Position numbers and translations under genes: made by a program. The notes under the pieces were generated by a model. It worked only from the letters and a program-made list of their open reading frames with translations. It ran no database searches and was not told where the DNA came from. Below are positions 27,027 through 39,300 of a stretch of 64,000 bases of DNA, one piece after another (position 1 is the first letter of the stretch; every line of letters starts with the position of its first letter). Where the stretch lies: contig NC_092680.1 in the NCBI RefSeq assembly GCF_964355755.1, positions 2,046,001 through 2,110,000 on the forward strand, written 5' to 3'. Origin of the DNA: Antedon mediterranea (Eukaryota > Animalia > Echinodermata).

Positions 27027-30000
27027 ATGGAAGAATTTTGTAGAGCACTACCAAAAATTGTTAGTCGTTTACATTAATGCCATCATTTAAATTCCAATGA
27101 TTATTTTCAATGTATTTTAGGGACAAGTTGATGGACTAGTAGTCCTAGGCCTAGCCCTAGAGTAGGCCTAGACTTTAATAATAGGCTAGTAAAGTAAGTA
27201 GGGCCCAGTACTAAGTAGGCAGCTTTAGCTACTAACTGCAGTGCTAGTAGTATAGTGTAGTCTAAGCCTAGCTAGGCCCTGGGTCAGGTCTCATTCATTC
27301 TCGCCTCAGAGTTAGTAACTACTGATACTGTGAGTTAGGACTGCATTAAAAACTCCAATTAAATGCAAATTAAACATCTAACTTCTCTTGTTTATTTATT
27401 ATTCATTCACCAAATATATTATTATTATTTGTTTCTAAAATCCAGGAACTTCATGCTCATATCAATGGCTCAATCAGTGCATGTACAATGGAAAAGATCG
27501 TCCAAAACAAGGATGACCTCTCAGGTGTGGATATGAAGAAGTTGAATAAATGGATTACCTCCGTTAAGAAGGGAGAAAAGAAGAACCTTAATGAGTAAAG
27601 CTACATTCAGAATTGTTTCGTCATGTAAAGCTCTGTCTACACTACAGGGAATAATTTCGCCAGTGTAGCATAGCAAAAAGCTATACAAAACAACCTTATT
27701 GCTACACATTTCTAAAATTGTGTAGCAAAAAAGACAATACAAAACAATGTTTCTCGCCTAAAAATCAGTTTGATTAGCAATAATTGCTAAACAAAATTTT
27801 AAAATGAAATTTTTCCCTGCACTATCAAACTTTATGTAATGTGCCTATATATGGACATGACTGACTAGACTATCACTGTGTTTTTATGTCTATTGCGTTT
27901 TTCGTACTATTAGTTGGGAAAGCCACTCGACAGTGCAGTTCTTTTGAACTGATCCACTTTTGGTTACCCGCAGGTGCTGATAGTACTTTTGTTCTGTTTT
28001 GTTGAATGATGCCGTACCTTGTTTATGATTTTTGTATGTTACCTGGAAATTGAATGAAATAAAAAAAATAAAAATAAAGATAATGTAATATATCACTACT
28101 ATATTTGGGCATATCACTACCATATATACATAGGTAGGCACATAAAGTTTGATAATGTAGACATAGTTTAAAGACCCCTTCCCTGCAATTTTGGACGTTT
28201 TTTGGAAAATAATACATATATATCACTTTAAAAACATTAAACCATGTCATTCCTTGTCTTAAATGTACGTTTTATGGTAAATTATGATAAAAAGTGAGAA
28301 ACAATGCACTTCCTAAGTAGCTCGCGGCGATCGACCTCTCGTGGACGGTCTTAGGCCTAGCTAGGCTTAGTTTTGTAGGCCTAGCTGGCAAACATCGTAC
28401 GCTAGCTATATACCTAGCCTGACGTTGTATAGTTGCTGCATTAATTGTCTTTCTATTTTTGCCAGACTCCGTTGATACAAATTGGGGAAAACCCGGTATT
28501 TTCGCTGAAAAGTTAGGAGTCTTCCATTTGTTTTGCCTTCACGATCGATCGAAAAGTGGGCGAATTACAGGTGAAAAACAAAAATATCAATCCGCGCGCA
28601 ATGCATTTTGGGATTTATAGCGGGCCACTATAATTATTAGAATCGATTTATTTTTAACCGTTTAAAGACGAAAAAAGTTATCGCAATAGGACCATATAGT
28701 ATTATTTTTACATTAAATATAGTTTGTGATCTTAAATTAGATCTAAAAAACGTAGGGAATGGGGCTTTAACAGAATATGATGATGCTGTTTAACTATCTC
28801 TATGATTTTCCATTATTGAATAAAATAAAACTGTGCTATCTTCCATTTGGAGCAATTGTGAATGTAGTTAAATGTTTTATAATAATTACAATTATTGAGT
28901 GTTTTTTTATGTTTTATTAAAATTCAAAAAAAATATTGTGAAATGTAGGCCTACTTTAAAATGATACACAAATAATGCATTGTTGCTAGTTCATTTTTTT
29001 TTTTTTTTTTTCATTTTAAGGACTTTTGAAATGTTTCCAATATTGCATCAACTTGTAACGGACACCGACACAGTTTCCATGGTAACATATGATGTAATCA
29101 AAGAATTTGCTGAGGAAAATGTGCATTATCTAGAATTGAGAAGCACACCAAGAGATGTTACCAGTACAGGTAAGATGTATTGTAATTGTATGTATGTGAC
29201 AAAAAAATGTGATGTGCCCATATATGGACATGATGATGTCATATCACTAAACTGGTTTGACAGTGTAGACAGAGCTTTATGTATGATTCTAACAGTATAA
29301 GCTACTATATTATTTTGATACATAGTGCCAATCTAAAAAGAAGTAAAAATGGGTGACTTTTCTGTTTTAAAGGAATGACAAAGCAATCGTATGTAGAAGC
29401 TGTTTTAAAAGGAATTGAGAAAGCTATAAAAGAAGATTTAAACATAATTGTTAGGTGAGTTACTATAGAAAGAGAAAATACAAATTGTTGAAAATATTTA
29501 CTTGCCTAAAAAAATGTTTAGAATCAAAATTAATAAGTTGGATGCATCAACTTTTTCATTTTCTAAATTTGAAAGGAAACTGTTATTTTTAGGTTCCTAT
29601 TATCAGTTGATAGAAGTAGAGGCGTGGATGTTGCTATGGAAACTATAGAATTAGCCAAACAATTCAACTCCAAGAGCAATGGGATAGTGATAGGCATTGA
29701 CTTGAGCGGTAACCCAAATGTGAGTAGTTACAACTGTCTCCTTGCTAGGAAAGTAAATTGAGGCAAATAGAATGTGAAAAGTGGTCATCATACAACAATA
29801 GACTAGCACAGTGTGAACCCAATCCAAACCAGGCTTATAACTGCAGTTCACACTGGATAAAGAACATCATATGCTGACAATCAAGGAGCCCTTATAAGTG
29901 GCTGTGTGTGACAGTGGTGTGTATACTAGTACACCTGGGTAACCCCATACTAGTCTCGAAAGTTCTAGTGCACATGAGCCAGATGTGTACACTGGACCTA

Positions 30001-32047
30001 TGGTTTATATTCCTATACTGAGAAGACTCATTCTACCACCAGAATCATGGAGCGAGACTCGAACCATTGCCGATGTTAATATGGCAAGGTATTACTGTTT
30101 CACTGTTTTAACCGCTTGGCCACTCGCTCAATAAAAAAATCACTGACAGTTTTAACTTTAACAACACACATCAAGGCATTCTCTCAGCTGTTCTTCATTT
30201 GCTTTTACAAACCGCAAACCCTACTATATTAATCTGTATTAGCCATGCATACATTTCAACAAGTAAGAGCAAATTATTTCTGTAAAATCATTATTCTGAA
30301 GAAAAACCACTATATTAAAGTATTCTTATGGGCTTATTTCAGCTTGGTGATATGGCTGCATTTGTTCCTCTTTTAAGAGATGCTAAGAAGTCTGGCCTTA
30401 AACTCGCCCTTCACATCGCTGAGGTAAATTATGATAAATTACATTTGTGCATGATAAAAAATAATAATTCAATGTCTGTTTAGAAAATTTTATTTAGAAA
30501 ATTAAAAATAGCTATAATACTATACACAATATGCAACTGCTTTTGATGATTTGTACGTAAACATTTGATTTGCAGAGGACAGATAGGACAGATGAGAGTG
30601 GCTTGTTACTGTCTGTTCCACCTGACAGGATTGGACATGGGACGTACATTCACCCTGAGGCTGGTGGAAGGCAGGATTTAGTGGACATCACACAACAATT
30701 TAACATTCCTATAGGTGAGGTAAATTGTCATTGTGGTGTAGTTAAGTTTGATAGCAGATTATACTGTCTCAAGTCTCAATGCAATTTGACCTGTAATGTT
30801 TGTCGTTTCAATAAAATTCTCTTAAGTCCTGTCTACACTATAAAATGTTGAAAAAAATGTGTGATGTGCCTAAATATGGTAGTGATATGTCCATATATGG
30901 GCACATCACATAAAGTTTGACAGTGTAGACAGAGGTTTAAATGTCATGTCCTAGGTAGCAATATACTAGTGCCTAAATATCCTCCTTTTTTTTCCGTTTT
31001 GCAAAATGTTTTGTTGTTTTTAGTTTCATGGTTGCATTTCTCATGGTTTTCACACTTTGTGGATATGTGCGCTCTATAAATCTTATTATTATTATTAAAT
31101 ATTCAATCCACTTAAACTAGTGAACTAGTATGATGGGGTACTCTCAAAAGATGTACTAGCTTTTGTTAAGTGCAAGAATGTACTGTTTATAGTCCTTATC
31201 CAGTAAAAACAGAACTATGGAGTGAGCACTCCATGTCACTAAAGCAGCTATGATGTATGCAGAACTAAATAAATCCCATTTGTATCTACTACAGAGGCAT
31301 GTTTAACATCTAACATACTAGGCCAGACAGTTTCATCGTTTGATAAACATCACTTCAAGTATTGGTATGACAAGAAACATCCATGTATAATTTGTGTTAG
31401 TACTATATTCATTTGATTTTAGTTAAAGAGTAATAAAGCTCTGTCTACACTAACAAACTTTATGTGACAACAAAATGTGATGTGCCCATATATGGACATG
31501 ACGATGCCATAACTCATATCACTACCATATTTGGGCACATCACATTTTATTTTTTTAAGTTTGATAGCGTAGACAGTGCTTTAAGGGTGAACATACTGTA
31601 ACATAATATGTATAATAAAGTATGGTAAACCCATGCCTCTGTCTCACATGATTGTTTTATACCAATTTACACAGACGAGTGGTAACGGTAAGCGGTAAAC
31701 AAAGGTATAGAATCTATCTTATTTCTTATGACCATTTACACATAATTGTTTTCTACAATTAATGCTGTATGTTATCACTTTGTACAATAGTTTCATTTTA
31801 TATTAATTTTAATCACAGATTATTATAACTGATTAAACGTATGTTTTCATTACAGACAGATGACAAGGGTTTGATGCTGACGTCTGTATCCAGGGAATAC
31901 AATATCGTGGCAAACACATTCAATTTCACAAAGCAGCAACTATACAACATATCATTTAAAAGTATTGATTCTATATTTGAAAGTGACAATGTAAAGGACA
32001 AGTTGAGACATCAGTGGACAATATTAAAAACTGAATTAGGCTTGTAG
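27027..32047 (+). CDS. ADAL: Adenosine deaminase-like protein (N6-methyl-AMP deaminase)
   Basis: Exons 27027-27059 (MEEFCRALPKI), 27446-27594 (ELHAHINGS), 29021-29169 (YLELRSTP), ~29373-29454, ~29593-29719 (GIDLSGNP), 30342-30423 (LALHIAE), 30576-30714 (DRIGHG), 31295-31395 (CLTSN), 31856-32047 (TDDKG). Confidence 0.94.
27645..27819. mobile_element. 175-bp MITE nested inside a family-A MITE TIR
   Basis: TIR CAGGGAATAATTTC / GAAATTTTTCCCTG. CACTA is duplicated on both sides, splitting the host TIR TCTACACTA|TCAAAC. Confidence 0.8.
28172..28766. mobile_element. Second Kolobok-like non-autonomous element (~600 bp)
   Basis: TTAA-AGACCCCTTCCCT ... AGGGAATGGGGCT-TTAA, an imperfect TIR with TTAA flanks. 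Confidence 0.65.
29870..30128 (-). mobile_element. tRNA-derived SINE with Deu/Nin-like central domain
   Basis: Minus strand A-box TGGCCAAGCGGTTAA and B-box GGTTCGAGTCTC. Body ..GGAATATAAACCATAGGTCCAGTGTACAC.. is shared with 57660-57950. Confidence 0.72.
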
Positions 32048-32636
32048 ACCCAGCTAAAGTGGAGATTGAGGAAGAATACGCAGGTGGGTTTGCACGGACA
32101 GTAACTGCACATGTTGAGTTCCTATTGCCTTTAGATTAACGTATTACAATAACTCTCCCTAATTTAGCCAGATCAACTTTCTTTGATATATAGTATTACT
32201 TACATATATATCCGGTATTTTGCAAATAATGTACAGTAACAATAATAAATTCAAAATAAAAACAATTAAAATATAATTGTTTCTCTTTTAATTCCATTTC
32301 TATTATTCCACTATAATGGAACCATGCATAAAAAAAAACAAATGGTAAAAATCCTTTATAATAGATATATATATATATACAGTACTGTTTAAATAAAAAA
32401 TTATATTGTGTTAAAAATTAAATATCTGTACACAAGTTTACAGTCAAACTACAGCAAGTTACAAAGCAGAATCATCTGTAAAGGCACCAACTTTTAAATC
32501 ATTTAAGGGGGTTCTTTACGAAAATAACTCACTCGCACCACATCCCACCAAAGTGCTATAGTCTTCAAGTCTGAAGTTTGCACTAAATTGGAAGAAGAAG
32601 AAGAAAGCATCTGCCGACTGGGTATTTGTGCTTTTT

Positions 32637-35600
32637 CTATAACCTGTAGTTTGACCAGTCTATAGTTGCAAGCTTTCCCTGTTTTTGTAGACTTTCAATA
32701 ACAGCAAAATGTATGAATTCATATTGGTCGAGGGTCTGGACAGTAAAGGCGCGCTGTGTTCGCATTTTTCGTACAGTGTCGTATATATTCAACTTTTGAG
32801 TGACTTCCAATCTCGCTAGTGTTATATCAATAGCACACAATGTTCCTGCAATGAAATTTAAAATTAAAAATTTTGATCGAGAACCCCTTATTAAAGCTCA
32901 GCTACAGGCATGATATATTTGGTCAAGTGGACATAAATTAAAAACCATGAATTTCTTTAAAATGTTCAATATTAGTTTATATAAAAACCAAGACTTTTTT
33001 CAATAGTTAGGTAGTTCAAACTGATGGTACCATATCTGATGACTCCCAGAATAATGAAAAAAAATGGGCAATTAAACTGCTCTGACAAAACAAAATAGGC
33101 TTACCTGTCCTACCAATTCCAGCACTACAATGTACCAATATAGGTGGCCCACCCTCAGGACCTGTCCAGTTTGATCCCATAAATGCTACTGCTTCTTTTT
33201 GATATTGTCGAATTTCACTGTGGAATTGCAAAACTGACTTTGCTGACTCTGGGACACCAAAATCAGGCCAACCAGTGAACTGGAAATGGGCCACTTGCCT
33301 ACACCATCCAACCTAAAAGGAAACTAAAGCTATGTCTACACAATCAAAGTGTGATGTGCCCAAATATGGTAGTGATATGCCAAAATATGGTAGTGATATT
33401 ACATCATCATGTCCATATATGGGCACATCACATTTTTTTGTCACAGTTTGATAGTGTAGACAGAGCTTTAAAGCATTTAGAATACCAACTCGTGATCATG
33501 TGAACATCAACTGTTTTGGATTATTATATAGGTTTTTATGTTAACTGTTGAAGGGGAATGTTATGAAAAGAGGATGGGGTGCTTCCAGAGTACAAAACAG
33601 TCTCAATATTTACAAGGACGTTTTGGTCGAATTTTGGGTAGAAAAATGTTCAACAAATCCAACAGTACATTACCTTTGTGTCCTTCAACAGTAAACTTGT
33701 TACAATATAATCTTTCTTTTTATCAACTTTTATATTAGTAACAATAATATCTCCAAATTTCAAAGAGTCCTGTAAAGTTTTAGGCCAGTATTGGCTACAC
33801 TTGATCAACCCTCTTTCCTCTGTCCTTGTAGTCATCACAATCACAAAGACATTCTCCTGCCAAACCATCCTCCAAAAATCATTTACAGTATTTGGTAATG
33901 GCCCTAGTTAAAAATGTACAATAAATATGTATTTATACAAGGGTCATATTGAGGTCAAGAGCGAGAATGAGGGATAAGAGATTGGCCTGGTCCAGAATTC
34001 CTAGCAAGGCTGTCTAGAGGTTGTAGCCTGAATTCATGGATTGAAAGTAATTAATCAAGATTTTTTTGGAAGGTTTTTTTTTGTTTTATCACAAACTAGT
34101 ACAGCTTTCAAGATGTATGTCCCTAAAAGATTAGGGAAATCAAACTTTAAATATAAAAATGATATTTCATTGATCTCTCCTCAAACAAAATGAAAATGTA
34201 GAAACCTTGCGCTGCTATGAATGCATTCTTTTGCATGAATCCATCAACATAGTTTGCATGTATGTAATCAGATGTCAGGTCATCATGTGAGGTCTTCAGT
34301 TTGACTCTAGTGTCATCAAGACAAAAGATGTTGCTATAGCGATTCTTGTACATGTTGATGCTGTTTCTAAAGAATAATTATAAGCAAAATTATTATAATG
34401 AATAAGACTAGTTTATCTAAGCAACAATAGAACCCTCCATTGGGACACCCCTATGACATGTCACCCCTATGACATGTCACCCCTATGACATGTCACCCCT
34501 ATGACATGTCACCCCTATGACATGTTTTTTGTATTTAAAACAAATATTATATATATATTTCAACTTCTGCCAACCCCCATTCCGGAGATCACTATTAAGG
34601 GGACACTTTGTCAGGTCCCAAAGGTGTTCCACCCCCCCCCCCCCCCCCCCCCCCCACCGCCACCCACCTAACGTACATGCCAGCCAACACGGTTTGGCCG
34701 GGAGACTCCCATATTATAGACTCGTTTCCCGGCCAAATATTGCACTCCCGTTTTTCCATATAGCCACCATGCCACCACTTGTGACATCACACACTGCGCT
34801 TCTTTACCTCTCGATAATAGATAAAGAGAAAACACCACTTTCCGTTTTTTTAACTTTAGGTGTTGGCATGTATGCTATAGGGGTGTTACTGTAGTAGGCC
34901 TACATCATACACTGGTACCTTGAGTAAGAGAACGATCCTGAAGGCATCTCGTTTATTATTTCTTCATATTCAGTACGTATTCCATGCCTTTTCAATGTTT
35001 GCATATGTTTCACAAGTTGCACAGGTGTCATTGTGCCTGTGTCGGTCACATGATGAATGCTTTCTCCGGGAATGGCGTTTGATATTCGTTGAGACTCGAC
35101 ACACTTGTTTCCCTCTACATTCTGTAAAACAAATCAATAAATCTGTGTTACTATGCTTTTTTTTTATCATCTTTTTTTCATTTTGCAATTTTAGTTCTAT
35201 ATATTATACTAGGCTATATATGAAAACAGGGGTGGATTAAGAAAATTGGGAGTGGGGCATTTTAGCACTAAAGTACATAGGTCTTAGTTAGGCGTAATTA
35301 ATAATATAAAAAAGAGTCAAGTAAATAAATGTATCATTGATTTTCTCAACTCATATGATAATGAAAAAAAAACTGTATTAAATTTCAAATGTCTAGGCCC
35401 ACTCAAATCGTTTCAAATATAATAATGTAATAGTTAGGCCTAGCTCATCTACTACTACTGGCGGATCACCAGTGAGCGCACTCCCTACGCGTGTCACGTA
35501 CCTTTTCTGATAACTTCTGACCCATATCCATATTGCTATCATCATCTTGAGGCCTAGGACTAGGCGTAGTAATGTATCTACTAGGCCTACTGTACACATA

Positions 35601-35684
35601 AATCACACTAATGAGTATTAGAATAGCTAAAATAGCATTCGAGTGGCGTGTTACAGAGCGCCGTATGTGGGTGTATATTGTCAT
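32637..35684 (-). CDS. Classical protein-tyrosine phosphatase, PTPN9/PTP-MEG2-like catalytic domain with an N-terminal hydrophobic segment and no Sec14 domain
   Basis: Phase-compatible exons 35684-35502, 35121-34919, 34366-34206, ~33903-33675, 33311-33105, ~32845-32637. Motifs [45 protein letters not shown]. Pre-catalytic [24 protein letters not shown] resembles PTPN9. Exon 1 is the least certain part. Confidence 0.85.
34447..34525. repeat. 16-bp tandem repeat with a palindromic core (ACCCCTATGACATGTC x5)
   Basis: Read directly. It sits in a MITE relic and is followed by a poly-C tract at ~34632-34655. Confidence 0.9.
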
Positions 35685-36346
35685 TTCTGGAATGTTGTTT
35701 GAATGTTGTAATAAAAAACAAATTCAGAGGCATGCATGCTGACATTCAGTCGACGTGCGTGTCGTGTAACTACTCAGTGTTGTTATTGTTTTGGTTTTTT
35801 TTAGTACGTTCCCGCCCCCAACGGCCTTGTCTTTCAGCAGCGCGAGGGGTTAGTGGGGTGGGGGACACGTTCGCGTACAGGATGACGTAGTGAAGAGAGG
35901 CGGGTATTACACGAATTTTATTTTATTATTTTTTTGTATGTACTTATTATTCAGTTACAAACTCAATTTGGTTTTAATATGTCAGCAAGATGCTAGAAAA
36001 TAGGCTAAATGAAGACTATTATAAAATTATCATTTTAACCGTTGTTTGACGTGAAACAGCCGCGCGACAATTTGTCTCTCGAAAGTACCGTACGAAAATT
36101 GCCTGCTCATCATTCACATAATTGACCTAATTATAAATATGAGGGTTTGTCGCTACTGTAAATACAATTGTTTGTATTATGAAATTATGTTTGATTATAT
36201 GCTGGCTGTCTGGTGTGTGAAAGGGGCGTTATATTCTTCTTTCTAGTTTCTGGTGGTCAAAGGTTACTTTTACAGTAACGGAAGAACAGCTTAAAGGTTG
36301 TGAAGGATTCGTAAGTGTGCTTTGAGTTGTTTTATACCGAATAGGT

Positions 36347-39300
36347 ATGGATAAATCACAGGCAAAGGTGATTGGAATTGGCGGTACAGCAGCCTTAGTC
36401 CTGTACCTGCAAAGGAAATATGGCAGTGCTTTTCTGAATGACTACCGAACTATACGCTTAATTCGTACATTCAATTCGTTTCACGAGCATTGTGTCAATA
36501 ATAATTTGATGGTGGTTGATTTATTTCTGCAAAGCGTCGCAAATCATCCATATAAACCCTTTATTTTGTTTCATAACCTTATGTATACGTATGGAGAGGT
36601 TGATGTCGAGTCCAACAAAGTTGCGAATTTCGCCAAGAACACCGAGGTCCTTCAACAAACTGATACAGTGGCATTTATGATGAAGAATGAACCGGCATTT
36701 TGTTGGTGGTTTATCGGCATGCGCAAGATCGGAGTCACGTGTGCGTTCTTAAATTATAACCTTCGTGGAACGGGACTTTTGCATTGTATTAAGATATCGG
36801 GATCAAAAGTACTAGTGTGTGGTGGAGGTATGTATATATGACGGACCTGGATATCTAGGACCGTCATTATTCAACATTCGATTTAGTTTTATTCATCATA
36901 CAGTAATCAACACATGATATAATATAACCGTAATAAATAGAAGCCCGCAACCTTTAGGTGACGTGTTTAACCGTGTAATATCATTATATTTGGCCTATAG
37001 CCTATTCATGAATTATGTTATTCCTTCCTGAGTATGGTCGATAGGCTACATAATGTTAGATTTAAATAATTTGGTTGACAAGAGAGATTGCGAGTAGGTC
37101 TATTAAATTTGAATACATTCTAGGTCGGGGGGTTTTTCTGTGGAATCTCCAACGATGTGGAATTCCCGGGGGATTTCCCGGCAATCTCAATCCAACAATG
37201 AGTTATCATCGTATCTTAGTTATTGCAACAAGCTTTTTATTTAATTCAATTTCCTGTCTTAAACTCTGTCTACACTATCAAACTCTATGTGATGTGTCCA
37301 TATATAGACATGATAATGATGTCATAATACTACCATATTTAGGCATATCACTACCATATTTGGGCACATCACACTTTTTTTGTCAAACTAGTTCGATAGT
37401 GTGGACAGAGCTTTACTTTAATTTTACAGATGCCGATCTCATTAAGGCCGTGGTTGATATTTTACCTGAATTACACCAGCTTGGCATTCGAGTATGGTTG
37501 AGAAGAAGCAACGTAGAAGACCTGCCAGCTGGCATTGAGCTTATTGAAGATAACGTTCAGGATGCGTCAGCATCGGCGATTTCTAAGAGCTGTAGGAATC
37601 AATTAACGCTTACTGACCAGTCATATTATATATTTACTTCTGGGACGACAGGTATCGATTATTGATTTATTGATTTATTGATTGTAATTTTAAAAACGTT
37701 TATTTATTTCATTTTTTTATTGTCTTTATTAATCGATTAATCAGCAGTCTATATGTTTATTATTTGTTGTAGGTTTGCCAAAGGCTTGTAAGAAAGACAA
37801 CAGGGGAGCAATAAGAGGTTCGGTTGTCCTCGATTACTTCGATCTTCGGGAAGATGATGTACTCTATTCCCCACTGCCGTTGTACCATAGTGCTGCATTT
37901 ACTCTCAGCTTCCTAAACGCTATAAGAGTTGGTAAGTTGGAACTATGCGTTTCTTGTGACCTGTAGCGGCTGCCATGGAAATTTATGTATCGTCTTTTTT
38001 TTATTTATGGCTTTCCAATTTTTTTTTTCTTTTCTAACAATATTTAGGATGTACTTTTGCGACAAGTCGTAAATTTTCTGCGAGTCATTTTTGGGAAGAT
38101 GTCCGCAAACACAACGCTACTATCATTCAGTACATTGGAGAAATATGCCGCTATCTGCTGGCTCAACCTAAGGTTTGTTTTGTTTGTTAAGTTTGGTTCT
38201 CACTAGCAACGCAACGTAACGCAACCTACGCACCGTAAGAAAATGCCAGTCTAATAATTGTGTTTCAAATCAAACCTGCGATGTTTGCAGCACTGTTGCG
38301 TCGTCGGTTCCCACTTGTAATCACACAATACAGCACTTTGCGTCAATACGACTGCGTTGCGTTACATTGCGTTGCTTGTGCGAACCACGCTTTATTAGTT
38401 GGTCATTGAGCCCAGTTCATTATTTAGCACCATAATAACGACGGAATTGAATCGTGTAGGAAAAGTAACTTTAGAAACATTATATCTTCAGAAACCAGAT
38501 GACGGTGTTTATCCGGTCAAAGTTCGTGTGGCTTTTGGAAACGGTCTTCGTCCAGACATTTGGGAAGAGTTCCAAAACAGGTTTAAAATTGAGAAAATCA
38601 GTGAATTTTATGGTGCGAGTGAAGGTAGTCACATGTTCTTAAATTTGGATGGTAAAGTCGGTGCTCTCGGTCGAATCTCACCGCTTGTAAAGGTATATAT
38701 ATATAATCGATGTTGGTGGCATTAGGTTTAATGATATAGTAGTAAGCCGCAAACATTTTTAGTTGAAACCTCATTAAGGGGACACCATCGGCACCCAACA
38801 AAGTATATCTTATCGTGTTCCCTGAATAGGGGTTAGCCGTATTATCAGCGGCGCGGGAACGATTTTTGAAGTGGGGGGTCAGGGGTGTATCCTTGATTTT
38901 TAAATAGGGGATGGAGCCTTAGCCACCAAATGTTTGAGCCAGAAAGGCCCCCCATGTTTCCCACGCCGCTGCGTATTGTTAAAGGATATTTACCCTCATT
39001 CGTGTCCCGTGAAATGTCCCCTTAATAAGGGTGTCACAAAGCAGGGGTTTACTATTGACATATATTTACGTTTGGTTTAAAGTTACTAGGTGCTCCTTGC
39101 GTGATTAAATATGACGTCGATACTTCTAAGCCAATCAAAGGGAAGGATGGAAAGTGTATTCCAGTTGATCCAGGTTTGTTTAATCATTTAGCAATATTTT
39201 TTGACGAATTACTTTTTAACCATGAATAATTCAAAACTGCATACCGAAATAATGTCAATGAGGAAAGTTAGTATTCAGCGCTTTTCTCTAAAGTATGGTT

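Noticed and set aside
34517-34894. 125-aa ORF with a polyproline run
   Set aside because: It arises from a poly-C tract in a PTP intron on the opposite strand and has no splice or domain support.
36311-36344. Possible tiny 5'UTR intron (GTAAGT...ATAG) before the FATP copy 1 ATG
   Set aside because: It is only 34 nt, much shorter than any supported intron in this window, and cannot be supported without transcripts.
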